NCBI GenBank assembly: GCA_030264375.1
Contig: JASCQW010000072.1
Coordinates: 27,589,049 to 27,653,048, forward strand
DNA from: Carcharhinus longimanus
Lineage: Eukaryota
DNA length: 64,000 nucleotides
Direction: 5' to 3'
Positions 1-11,681 of the stretch are shown piece by piece. Position numbers and translations under genes: made by a program. Position 1 is the stretch's first letter. Each line of letters opens with the position of its first letter. The notes below the pieces were generated by a model. The model was not told where the DNA came from. It saw only the letters and a list, made by a program, of their open reading frames with translations, and did no database searches.

Positions 1-179
1 TCAACCAAGAAATCATGATGAAGTGTCTTGTCCACCAAAGTTACACACAAATTAATCAGCTGATGCAGAAATGCATCCCAGGGTAAAGAAGTTCTGCACA
101 AATTCCAAATACTCAGTAGTTATATATTTTGTTTGTTCCAACAATACTGTTACTTTTCAGAGCAATACAGAGACACAGA

Positions 180-560
180 GTTTGTTGCAGCAGCATATCT
201 CATGGCACACTCCATTTGTTAGGTGCACATGCATCATGATGCTGTTAAAACCCCGTGTCAGAGTCTTAACCATACAATTCACAGACATTATAGCACCAAA
301 TTTCAATAGTATTTGTAATGACATTCGAGACAGCATCAACAATTGAGCTTAGGGTCTGTGCCAATGATGAACTCTAGTTTTCTGAAGCGATCAAAGGGCA
401 TCGCAGATTTGGATCGCAGGTCAGCTGCCCACACCTTACCAGCTATTTCAAGAATTCTCGAACGACACAATAAAATGGTAGTGCAACACAAACAGCATTC
501 ATCGGCATTCTGGTCTTCAAAAACTTCATTCCTGGAACTTGGCAACAGAAGATGATCAAG
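180..560 (+). mobile_element. Possible very old L1/Tx1-like ORF2 C-terminal relic
   Basis: Frameshifted pieces (W..TNSI / SAFWSSKT; TLVF..RASQIW) loosely resemble the Tx1 C-terminal region WRTINSVKDALWSARN. Highly decayed. Confidence 0.2.
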
Positions 561-1327
561 TTCTTCTTTCTCTTCCATTGACACCTACATTTGGCATGAC
601 AAAGTTCTTCAAGGGATTAAACACCATGTACATCTGACCATAGGCCTTCGACAGCACCTGCTCCACCCTTTCTTCCCATGTAACCCATTAGCTCCCCTCT
701 GTGTGTTTCTCCAAACCAAAGGTGGCAACTCTCTTTTGCTCCACCCTGTCAAACATTACATCTAATGCTCTCCTAGTGACCTTGTATGCTCCTCTGCCAC
801 TCTTTCAGACAATGGCAAAAATAATCTTCAAGGCACGTAAAATGCAAGTACCCTTTTAATGCAAAGCAGCTTCTATTTTGTGCTGTTGCAATGAATAACC
901 TGCCCATTCTGAAACATGATGCACCCATTGCTATAGAATGCTCGAAAAATATTCAATTGAGGGCACTTCAGAAAATACCAAGTTACCCTTCCTACATACC
1001 TGTGCCATGAAGTGCAGTTGGACCTTTATGAGTCTGCCACTACTGAATCCATAGTGATAAATCTCCCCAATATTATTATAAAATATAACATGAATTTGCA
1101 TGAAGTTATTTCAAACAATACAGAAATTTTCATTATTTCAAATTCAGCTCTTTAGTTCATATACTTACATGATATACAAGTAAAGCAGTTTTCTTATATA
1201 AAACTAGTCAGGGGATATACAAAGTGAAATACTTTCTGTCAAAAAAATATTTTTGGCTTATTTCTGAGGAAGAAAATATCGACTTGGCAGAAGTTTGCCC
1301 TGTGATCCCAGATTACTTCTGGCGAAT

Positions 1328-1582
1328 GAACATAAGAACATAAGAAATAGGAGCAGGAGTAGGCCATCTGGCCCTTCGAGCCTGCCCCGCCATTCAATAA
1401 NNNNNNNNNNNNNNNNNNNNNNNNNNNNNNNNNNNNNNNNNNNNNNNNNNNNNNNNNNNNNNNNNNNNNNNNNNNNNNNNNNNNNNNNNNNNNNNNNNNN
1501 TCCTACTATCCTTTCTGAGCGGGAAGAGTCTCTCCACCTCTATCCTATCCATCCCATTCATCATCTTATACATCTCATACGT
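1328..1582 (-). mobile_element. CR1/HER1-type LINE 3' end (young), spanning a gap
   Basis: Minus strand ends GGCCTACTCCTGCTCCTATTTCTTATGTTCTTATGTTC, a CR1 3' stem-loop plus short tandem tail; near-identical copy at 49672-49735. Confidence 0.8.
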
Positions 1583-1678
1583 CTCAATGAGATCTCAATG
1601 AGATGAATGCTAACTAAAATCGTTAGAGATACTGAACTAATGACTACTGAAATTCCAAACTCAGTCTCCCCACATCTC

Positions 1679-2125
1679 GGGTGGAATTTTACAGCGAAGT
1701 GTCACCTCAGATAGGAAAAGGGGACGGTAACCCGCTGGCATATTTTTAAATTTTAAAAATGTAAGGGGCAGATTCCACACCAAAAGGCATCCTAACCCCC
1801 ATTCCCTAACCCAAATCCTGCAACGGAATTCCCCAATCCGGCCATGGAACTCCCACTCCCTCCCCCAACACAACTCAAAAAACAGAACTCCACCACTCTT
1901 TTCCCCCACCGAACTTCCGCCCTTGTCTGACTGCAGAACCACCACCCTAACAGAAACCCCTCTCCTTCTGGGGGCAGAACTTGGGCACAGCCATCTTCCC
2001 CCCGGGGGCTGTACTCACCCTTAGCACCTCCATAGGGTTCTGCTCACCAGGTACGCGTCATGGGTGACCTGTCGTGATTCATGTCATGAGGGACCTGTCA
2101 TGATTCACGTTAGCAAGCCTCCACC
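1679..2125. mobile_element. Decayed non-autonomous DNA transposon (MITE-like)
   Basis: Starts GGGTGGAATTTTAC like other MITE termini here; contains a 26-bp tandem duplication at 2056-2107. Right end unclear. Confidence 0.35.
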
Positions 2126-3485
2126 CAGATGTGAACGGATAATTTAACATGGTGTAAAGGACAGATAATCATATTCAATTTTTGCAATTGGGGATTCATC
2201 ATTGGCTGTGGCCGAGGACAGTTGATTGAGGGAATCCCACCAGTGTAATAGCTGTTTTGGGACTCTCTCCCGATTCTCCCTTTGCTGTCCCTGTTCCCCC
2301 CATAATAATCAAACTGTCTTCTCCTATGGAAGTTCACAATACTCAATTTTCCAAATTTACTGGCCAGTTATCTAAATTTTTGCAATGTGGAAAGTTATGA
2401 TGAGGTTTAAAGGTTATTGGGCAGGGGGATAATAATCCCGGGCGCTAGAAGCAATTCACTTCCCATTTTAAAGTCAGACATCCTGTCCTTCTTATGCAAT
2501 ATCTGATTTGCTGTGCAATGTAAACAAATCTTGTAGTTGTGAGGACTTTTTTTCAACTTCTATAAGTTCCCCAGTGCACATTTATAATGGCAACTACTAA
2601 CATACAGCTACTGTCAAGGCACGATTACACTAAACACTAAAATTCTGCGGTGTTGTTCATGGACAGTTATTGAGTAAATTTGTTTTTAATATATACAAGT
2701 TGCCAAGCTCCCTTCAAGTGTTTAGAGTTTGCAGTGGCAGTGATGTGGTAAAATTACATGGAAAACGATGATAAACAACTTACACTGGTGGCACAAAGGC
2801 ATGACCAAAATCTGTAACCTTTTATAGACAGGGATTGCAAGTAGGTAACGTTTTAAACAAGTTTTAAGCAAAATCTTACTGAAAGAAAAACATTAATACC
2901 TACGTTGAAGTGAAACAAAAACGGAAACAGGAGAACATGTGCTTATAGCAGAGATCTCTCTGCATCCACTATAAATGAAAATTCAAATGCATTTAGTCGG
3001 CTTTTTCTAATTCCATTATCTAGATTAGCCATTTTTATCTCAGGATGAAATTAGTGATGAGAATTTTGTTTTGCACTGTTAAGACAACAAGCCTAAAATT
3101 TCAAATTGATTTCACCCAATATAATTGATTCGTTGATTGCTTATGATTTCTTGATTGATCTGGTCCATATTTGAAAATAATTATACCAGAGTATGCTTCC
3201 AAAAAGATGAGTTAGCCTGTAATATTTGTTGCTTGTAAACTCCAAAATGTATCAAAGCTTTCCCTAAACTAGGTGAGCAAGCAAAGGAATATAATACCAC
3301 TGTCAAATACAGCAATATATTTTAGCAGTCCTTTGAAGACGATTTGTCACCTTCACATGTCTAAAATTAAACTTCAATGAGATGCGACAGACCACAGAAA
3401 GACAAGCATGACAAAGATTGACAATATGAATTTCCAACATGCTCAGTTTCCACATAGTTACTAACTAGTTTTCTCTGGAAACACT

Positions 3486-4192
3486 GGCTGAAATTTTACC
3501 AGCACGTCACAGGCCCATTGTCAAGATCAAACGCAGATCTCAAGCTTATGCAGGCGAACAACAGGATCGCAGTGGGAATGTTACCTGTGATGACCAATTA
3601 AGTGAAATCACCAGCTCACTGTCCCATTAAGAGTGGCAGTCTGCCTCTCGAAGCTGTCAGCCCAATCAGAGGACTGGCAGGCCAGCACTGCCACCGATAG
3701 AGGAGTCTGCTGCCAAGGCTCTGAGAAAGAGGGAGTGCCTCCATGTCGAGTCTCTCAAAGGGCTGGAGACAACCGGTTTGGATTTGCAGGGGGCTAAGCA
3801 GGCAGGTAAGTGCCATAAATTAGAGGGACACAACTCCAATGGCACTGCCTGAGTTGGAGGGGATGGCCATTGCCACCTAGAGCCCTCATGTGTGACCAAA
3901 GCCACTGGGAAGGAAGTAATGAGGATGCTGGGAGATCACCTTGATGTACTTTGCAGCATCCTCAGTCAATGGGAAGAGGTTCCTGATATCAGTAAAATGC
4001 ATGTTAATAGGCCCGTTAATTACTTTAATTGGTTGTCTGCCTCTGATCAGAGGGCATCTGAGCTGCTGCCATTCCTGATTTTCAAAATAGACTGCGTTAG
4101 CAGAATGAAGTTGAGCTTTCCTCCCAACAGCTTTTGCCACCATTTCTTTCTGCCTCCCAGCCCATCTCCAGAGGGCTTCTAAAATCTAAGCT
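3486..4192. mobile_element. Harbinger-type non-autonomous element (~700 bp)
   Basis: Imperfect TIRs GGCTGAAATTTTA...TAAAATCTAAGC; subterminal inverted CCAATTAA/TTAATTGG; GC-richer than flanks. Confidence 0.5.
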
Positions 4193-4485
4193 ACATTTTA
4201 CTGTCATAGCCATGTCAACATGATTCATGTCAAGAAATAACATTTTACATTTACGCTTTGTTTAAAAAAATGTAGTAGGATAAAGAGATCGATGGCATAG
4301 CAACTTTAGAGCACTACACTTCCCATCAGTGTTACAAATCTGAATGCCTACCTCAGCCAACCTTCAAAATACTGGAAAGTATTTAGCACTGCATGGCTGG
4401 ACACTAAAATTAGGTCACATATGCAAGTATGGAATAAGAAATGTCAATTTGGTTCATCAAACAGGAACAAACGCAGAGCAATAAC

Positions 4486-5037
4486 ACAGAACCAGGGTTC
4501 ATAGTCTAAGGATATTGGATAAACCTTTTAGGACTCAGATGAGGAGAAATTTCTTCATCCAGGCAGTGGTCAGCCTGTGGAATTCACTACCGCAGAAAGA
4601 GGTTGAGGCCAAAATATTGTAGGTTTTCAAGGAGCCAGATATAGTTGTTGGGACGAAAGGGATCGAGGATATTAGACAGCGAGGGGAAGGCGGGATCAGG
4701 CTGAGTTGGAAGATCAGCTATGATCATAATGAATAGAGTAAAAAGTCTGACAACACCAGGTTTTAGTCCAACCTATTTATTTGATAATATTCTCACAAGC
4801 TTTNNNNNNNNNNNNNNNNNNNNNNNNNNNNNNNNNNNNNNNNNNNNNNNNNNNNNNNNNNNNNNNNNNNNNNNNNNNNNNNNNNNNNNNNNNNNNNNNN
4901 NNNGTTGGACTAAAACCTGGTGTTGTCAGACTTTTTACTGTGTTTACGCCAGTCCAACGCCGGCATACCCACATCATAATGAATAGCACAGCAGACTCAA
5001 AGGGCCAAACGGCCTATTATTCTTATCTTCTATGTTT
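4486..5037 (+). mobile_element. CR1 LINE 3' fragment interrupted by a fold-back element
   Basis: Encodes FRTQMRRNFFIQAVVSLWNSLP (CR1 ORF2 C-terminus); 3' UTR ending GGGCCAAACGGCCTA...TTCTATGTT resumes after 4972. Confidence 0.8.
4737..4972. mobile_element. Penelope-like fold-back short element, copy 1
   Basis: Perfect 36-bp inverted arms (4737-4772 / 4904-4939), tail CCAGTCCAACGCCGGCAT, 14-bp flanking duplication ATCATAATGAATAG (4723-4736, 4973-4986). Centre is an N-gap. Confidence 0.75.
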
Positions 5038-5710
5038 TAATATGCCGCAACAAACTAAAACTTGAGATCCTTGAATCTTCCTCCTTATCAAACAAAATAC
5101 TCATCTACCAATTTTCTCTATAAGCACATTACTCAAACATGACCAGTCACATGATACTAGCAACTCTTTCAAAAGACCCAGTAGTACGTGAATTACCAAG
5201 CTCCATGGAGTTGGTGATGATCTATACCAAACAATATAACCATTAAACCTGTTTGAAACAGGCATTTATCGGGCTGTTCTTTCTGAAAATTGCGATCGGT
5301 GCTTTTGCCAGAAACCTATTCAACATGTGCACAATCTATTTGGTGGGAGAGGGAATCATGAGATTTGTTGGCTCTGGGGATTCACACTAGTTCTGTGAGT
5401 ACAGCACAATCTGAAATACTTGCTTAGGCTTTCATTAGGCAGCCATTCTAGCAATACATGGAAACTCAGTTCTGAGAACCTTCAAAACTATTGTTAAAAA
5501 TATCCTTGCTGCTGCTTGTCAATGATGTTTGAAGACAGGGTATTTGAAACTGCATGCAATATGACAGACTTTCAGCTTAACTTTCTTTGGGGAACATTCA
5601 ATTCCTATGACAAACAGGAAATGGAGATGAAGATCTAATGGGTCAGATCTCCTCAATCTATTATGAGCCCTTGGGACTTCCCCACAATATTGTAACAGTA
5701 CTCAATATTT

Positions 5711-6002
5711 TAAAGTTTATTTATTAGCAACAAAAGTAGGCTTGCATCAACACTGCAATGAAGTTACTGCGAAAATCCCCTACTTGCCACACTCTAGGGG
5801 AATTTAGCATGGCCAATGCAACTATCCAGCATGTCTTTTGGACTGTGGGAGGAAACCAGAGCACCTGGAGAAGCCCATGCAGACACAGGGAGAACATGCA
5901 GACACGTGGAGAACGTGCAGACTCCGCACAGACAGTGACCCAAGATGGGAATCAAACCTGGGTCCTTGGCATTGTGAGGCAGCAGTGCTAACCACTGTGC
6001 CA
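5711..6002 (-). mobile_element. tRNA-derived V-SINE (HE1-like head) with tail type B
   Basis: Minus strand: A-box TGGCACAGTGG, B-box-like GGTTTGATTCC, V-domain, tail GGGGATTTTCGCAGTAACTTCATTGCAGTG...AATAAATAAACTTTA. Internal 19-bp duplication near 5878-5922. Confidence 0.85.
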
Positions 6003-6089
6003 GGAACGTAAATAGTATAAGTAGTGGGAAAAAAAACATTTCCAATCTACTGTCTGACTCTCTTTGCACCCACGTGTATGCAAAAGACA

Positions 6090-7230
6090 GGATGCCTCAA
6101 TAAATCTAGTTGAGCCTTGCGGCATGGCCGTCATGTAAAGATGGAGAGTAGAAAAATCTTTCATTTTTCTACACGGCTCAGGTCTCTTATCTTTGACCCT
6201 GTAGGTCAACTGTGTGGTTTCTCTTTGAAAACCATCAAGAATTGAATGTCTCTCTCGTGTCTTGGTAACCAGAACCGGATATAGATCTTGTCGAGTTTTA
6301 GCATGTCTTCCTCTGACTTGGAGTATAAATTTATCAGTGCCTGGTTCTGAGAAAGGATATTGGTGATGCAGTTACAACACATGCTTGAAACAGATAACCC
6401 AAACACAAGACTTCATTAATATTAACTGATTAACTTCCAGAGCTTACGCTTCATTCACAGGCAGTTTTGTCCATTCATCAACATGAATGTGCCATAAAAT
6501 CAGTAAATAAGGGGTCAGCTGGAGCACTATGGAGATGGTGAACCATTTCTTCTCCTGGCTCCATAGTGATGATTTTTAAAAACGTTTCTATGAAACCTTA
6601 CCTGGTACAGGTGGATATAATGGTCTTCAGTGACTGAAGAACGTCAGGTGGAGAAAGTCTGCCTCCTGTCTACTCTGCAATATCAAATTTAATAGAAGGA
6701 GATAAAAAGAAATGTATGCCACTAATTCGCAGATGTGAGAAGCCTTACAATTGATTTAGGCTGTTGCCAGGGTTGCCTCAAAAATCGCCTGAAGCAATAT
6801 CGTACCAGGCATCTCTGCAGTATCTTTTCGACATGGGACATTGACCCAATGAGTTCCAATCTGTCCCATCTGAGTACATAATTTACCATTCCACTTGGTA
6901 TGTTAATTGCTGAAGTGATTTGTTTAGAGTTTCTGAATTCAAATTGTTGATGTAAACTGAAAGCAGTAATGTGTTGAACTCTGAACTAGTGGCCTGTCAA
7001 ATACTTCGAGAAGTCCAGGTATAAGACTTTCCACCATCGACTTATAATGTCACATCCTCAACAAGACAAGGGGTAGATAACTTAAATTTAGTGAAAATGA
7101 AAACTGGATGGTTTCTTGGAAATAGCCAACGTGGGATCTTGTCACCTCTCCAGTCAATGGCTTAGATCCTTGCCCCTTCTACAAGATTATACACTATATT
7201 TCTATCCTGAATAACGATTCACACTGCTTA
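6090..7230 (-). mobile_element. Ancient CR1-clade LINE RT relic
   Basis: Minus strand near 7000-7030 reads VLYLDFSK (CR1 VYLDFSKAFD); remainder heavily decayed. Confidence 0.45.
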
Positions 7231-7231
7231 C

Positions 7232-7443
7232 TTGGTGTGGAGCTTTTTGCCCCAGTACGCTATTTTGCAGTGCCAGAGGTGGCCCTTCATTGACTGGTGG
7301 CGGGATCCTTTAGCCCTACTGCTGTCGATGGCTTATTCCGTAGCTTGAACCATTCTACGGCCAGGGAACTTGCCATGAGGGGAGGTGGTCACCACTGGCA
7401 GGACCCATATCCCGCCAGCGGGATGAGCCAGAATACTACGCCC
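7232..7443. mobile_element. Short MITE (related to 9882-10051)
   Basis: Internal inverted TGGCGGGAT / ATCCCGCCA; ends ...ACGCCC. Confidence 0.5.
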
Positions 7444-8423
7444 TTGGTTACTGTTGTACGTATAATCTCAAGTTTCAGACCCAAAATATCTATGATCTTG
7501 AAGTACAAGGATTCATGGGAACACCACCTTATACAAATTCTCCCCCACGCCACTCACCATCCTAACTTGGAACTATTGCCGGTGACACCAAAATCCCATG
7601 AAGGAATAAAAAATTATTTTTCCTTTCCAATAAACAAATACTAACTATGTTCAACAACTCCTTAATTGCAAGGGTGGCAGGGGGAAGAGGATGGTTAGCA
7701 GATACCTTATAATAAATTAATGCTTTGCTGCCATACTATTTTAAATGTTCTTTGGAATCAAAATAATACTAGCCAAAACCCTAGTTTTTCCCAGCAGAAT
7801 TTGAACAGCATTTTTGAAGATTGTAACGCAGGCCTATGAAAGTTAGCAAGGAAGTCAATGGGATGAAAATTGGGACTGTAGCTGAGATAATTGGTCTCCA
7901 TCAGCTACAACCATCTTCTTGGACAGGTTTCCCTTTGACCCTCATTGACTTCAACTTTGCTAAGGCTCCTTGCTGGGATCTCAGGTTGAACATTGGCTTG
8001 ATGTCAAGAACAGCTGCTCTCCACTCTTCTTGGTACTCAGTTCTTGCATTCATGTCAGAATCAATTCTGCAGTGATCTCTGCTGTTGAATGATTCTGTCG
8101 GAACCCATAAAGAGTGTGCTGACATCAGCCAATTCAGGTATAGGTGTAGTTCCCTTAGGTGCAGGTGTGCTGCAGTCCCCCAACAGGGACTACGTTAACA
8201 TCCACAGTTGTTTCATGTTCATGTCATTAATGCTTCAAGCACCTGAAGCATTACCCTGGGACCTCCCTGATGGTATCTAAATATATTCCTTAGCAACCAA
8301 TATAATCTTCAGAAAATAAATTTCATATTCATACACACCACATCAGATTCTATTTACTGGTGTACTTTCCCTTTGAAAAATTGCTCAAATACAAACATTC
8401 TAAATCGCACAATATAAAACACA

Positions 8424-8561
8424 GGGCGGGACTGTCCAGTTTCACCAACCTCAAAATCGGAAATTCCTGCTCAAGATCATAAGACCTTTAAAATGGTCCA
8501 TCAAATTGTCCATTCCGCCTGTAAAGAATCCTACAGTGGGCAGGACTGGAAAATTTGCACC
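8424..8561. mobile_element. ~140-bp MITE
   Basis: Imperfect TIRs GGGCGGGACTGTCCAGT / ACTGGAAAATTTGCACC; core GACCTTT..ATGGTCC resembles copies at 10460 and 22872. Confidence 0.55.
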
Positions 8562-9819
8562 AAAGTATTTAGAGTTATTATTCATCCACACTAAAGAAAA
8601 CCACTATGAAATATACTGCACTTATTTACGATGGTTTTTTTTCATCTTGTTGCCAGATGTATTTTTAGCTTATGGTATAACAAGGATGCAAAATCAACAT
8701 TAGTGGGGTATGATTTATAAGCCCACTTTACTGCTGACCACCACAGGTCACGTCCAGTCAAGCAAGCCAGCTGACTTAACAGACGTCAATCTGATTACAC
8801 AGGTTTTGGTGCTGATTATATTGAAAGAGGCGCAGCCTTCCTGAAGAAGTAGCCAACAAAGTTTTAACAGTTTACATATGATACAATGATGGAAATGACA
8901 TTGGAATCTGGTTCTGTAATAGTCGATTCTCTCACTAAGTAACAGAATGTCCATTTTGAAAGGCCAAGAACACTGAGGTACAGTTTATTTGCAGCACCAT
9001 ACTTCTGCAGCTGTCAAGATAAAAATGGCTGAAGGGCCCTCTCTCTTTATCTGCCTCTCCTTGGTTTTCTGTACAATATGTTATAATTATGATGAAGAAA
9101 AGTTAATGAAGCCGAGGACACCCTGGAGTCCCTTCAAGCATGACCTCGCCCTGTGTTCCCTTGCCCCAACTCTCAGTATTATACACCGGATCTCCTGCTT
9201 TCTCACTCCCACATACCAGCTTAGATGCTTTCAGCTGAGGGCAATTAGGTGGTGTTCATGAGGATGTGGCACTGGATGATACCCCAGAGGCCAAGAAAAC
9301 CAAAGGAATGGAGAGAAAAGGGAGTGGGTGAGGATAAGGCTGTCCATTGCTTTAGGGTCATTAGACCCAAACCTCATACATACTCCTTGGATGGGATTTT
9401 ACAGCCTCACTGGTCCCAAAATCATAAAATCCCACCCAGTCAACAGACCGTTCCATGTTCCACCCCTAGTCTTGGTTTTTCACTTCACCAATGTGGAGCA
9501 AAGTGTTCTCCGGCTTAATGTTACACAGAAGTCCAGGCAAGGCACAAGAGTGAAGATGGAGAAAAAGGGACATGGAAGTGAGGACTCTGCTCAAAGCACT
9601 TCCACTGTCTGCCCCAGTCAGTTTGTCAGTGCCCCACCTTTTGGCTCTTGTTCTGATGGGCTGTCTTTGTTGGGGCCCTCAAAGGCTCCAAAGCCCAGAA
9701 GACATCTGCCAGGAGCATCTGAGGGAAGAGGTATATACACAGTCGGCACCTACCTCTGGTGAAAGCACAGGGCTGCAACACCTAGGAGTAGTACAGAAAG
9801 GAAAAATATAGAATTGTAA

Positions 9820-10135
9820 TTAAAACAGACAATGCTGGAAAATCTCAGCAGACCTGGCAACATCTGTGAAGAGTGAAACATTGGCTGGAATTTTCCAGCC
9901 ATTTCCGTCAGCGGGATCTTCCAGAAGATCCTGCCAATGGCAAACCCTGATGCAGGTTCCCTGGCAGTGATGGGTGCAAACAATGGTGAGACCGGAAGAT
10001 CCTGCTTGCCTCCGCTGTTGCAAAAACATGTCACAGGGGTGGGGATCCTGCTGAGAATTAGCGTCAAGTCCTATGAGACTTCAGCAGAACCTTTCTTTCA
10101 GCATTTTCTGTTTTTATTTCAGATTTACAGCATTG
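9820..10135. mobile_element. Second Penelope-like fold-back family, interrupted by a MITE
   Basis: Inverted arms AAAACAGACAATGCTGGAA (9821) / TTTCAGCATTTTCTGTTTT (10097-10115), tail ATTTCAGATTTACAGCAT. Confidence 0.55.
9882..10051. mobile_element. Short MITE nested in the fold-back element
   Basis: Starts TGGCTGGAATTTTCCAGCC; internal GCGGGATCTTCC / GGAAGATCCTGC inverted pair. Confidence 0.6.
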
Positions 10136-10459
10136 TTTTTATTATAGTAAATAATTGGAGTTGCACAATGGAAGGCACATGAACAGTTAACACATTGTTA
10201 GATTGTTAGGTTTCTGCTTCATTTTTCTGTAAGACTAAAGCTGTTTGTTTGCATGATTTTCTGTATTGTCCTTTTTTTGTGTTACCTGGCAAGTAACTTT
10301 CATTTGTAAAAATGAACAATGGGTGTTTGTACAGTGATGCTTTGTTGATTGTAGTTTAGTTTTTTTTAACTGGGAGAATGGGAGACCAGATTTTGACAGC
10401 CAGGTGAGTTCATTCCTTCATCCTAACTAAAGCATGCCAAAATTAAGCCACCATATGCA

Positions 10460-10590
10460 CCCATGGATTTTCCAGCTGTGCTTGCCCCAAAACTGGAAAA
10501 TCCCGCCCGAGGTCAACGGACCTTTGCATGGTCCGCCCTCCTGCCCGCCATGGGAATCGCATGGTAGACAGAATGTGAAAATACAGAACC
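10460..10590. mobile_element. ~140-bp MITE
   Basis: ATTTTCCAGC.GTGCT.GCCCCAA.ACTG.AAA..CCGCCC..GGTCAA.GGACC.TTGCATG aligns with 22872-23004. Confidence 0.65.
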
Positions 10591-10635
10591 CACCCACCCC
10601 CACCCCACCTCAGTGTGTTCAGCATTCCTGGAGCT

Positions 10636-11342
10636 GCAGTTCTTGCTGTTGCATTATGCCGTGCAAGGGTCAGCACACCTCTATCATTCTGCAATAGCTG
10701 GACTAGTGCATACTGATGGGTGCCCCACTGGTTAGCCACTGGAAGCATATTTTCAGTATCCTGATTATGTTTAACGAAAGCTTTCATGTTCAGTTGGTTT
10801 TGATTGAATCTCTCTTTGACTGCTACAGGATCAAAGCATCTCCATGGCATCTCCATAGAAATCTTGCATAAACATGGAAGATGACCTTTATTGGGTTTCA
10901 AATGAGCTGCTCATTGAAGTATTTGTGATTAACAAAGACTCCAGAGTGATCTGGGGCTGGGCTATCACACATACACTGTCCATGATTCGCTACACGTGTG
11001 GATGCCAGTCAGAGCCGCACAGTCATTCTGACTGGTCTTGTTGGTAGCAAACTGTGCATAATTCCAGGTCCTAACATGCATAGTACTGGTCACCTGTTTG
11101 ATGCATTAGTGTGCAGAAGATTGCAAGGTTCTGCAAATATCTCCTGCAGGTCCCTGGATGGAGTAAGAGGCAAATAAATTAAAGGCAATGGCATATTTTG
11201 CAACTACTGATAATGCGTGCCCACCTGCTCCATTTGACAGGAGGCTGCAAGTGTGCTTGGATGTGTCCAGGAAGCTGATCCTCTGACTAAACCCAGTGTT
11301 AGAGGCATTGCCTCCTGCAAGTTGCATCCCTATGCTGAACAC
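10636..11342 (-). pseudogene. PIF/Harbinger (HARBI1-like) DDE transposase relic
   Basis: GGHALSVVAKYAIAFNLFASYSIQGPAGDICRTLQSSAH*CIKQVT matches the Harbinger N-terminal HTH region; downstream IRILKICFQWLTSG..HQY..CRMIEVC*PLH matches IGxLKxRFRCLDxSGGxLQY...CCxLHN. Contains stops and frameshifts. Confidence 0.8.
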
Positions 11343-11578
11343 ATATGAAGCAGTAGGCTGAAGAGAAGGTTGCAGTTATTCCTACTGCTCACCTTGGTCC
11401 TTAAATGAAGCCCAAGGTAAAGCTGCATTCATGCTGCACTGCTGCCCTGCTATTTCATAGATGCTAAGTGTAGACCAAACACACACAACTCCAGATATCT
11501 CCAAGGTATTGGAAATAACCTCCAAGGTAGCACAATCTCAGAACAAGTGCTGTCAGCAAAGTTCTTTCACTTAGGAAG

Positions 11579-11681
11579 GAATCGTAGAATCACAGAATTC
11601 CGACAGTGTCGGAGACCATTCAGCCCGTTGAGTCTGCATTGATAACAGTCCTACCCAGGCCCTATCCCCGTAACTCCACGT
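11579..11681 (-). mobile_element. HE1 SINE 3' tail fragment (CR1-type tail)
   Basis: AATCGTAGAATCACAGAAT..ACAGTG..CCATTCAGCCC..GAGTCTGCA..CCCAGGCCCTATCCCC is the reverse complement of the tail at 25170-25250. Confidence 0.7.

Noticed and set aside
336-584. ORF with piggyBac-like AMPFDRF motif
   Set aside because: No further piggyBac motifs, TIRs or TTAA; probably the antisense reading of a decayed LINE.
6602-6669. Minus-strand exon candidate TGGRLSPPDVLQSLKTIISTCT
   Set aside because: It lies inside a decayed CR1 region, the upstream acceptor gives stops in all three frames, and no partner exons were found.
9328-9762. 144-aa plus-strand ORF
   Set aside because: No domain, non-ATG start and no splice support; the region looks like decayed repeat.
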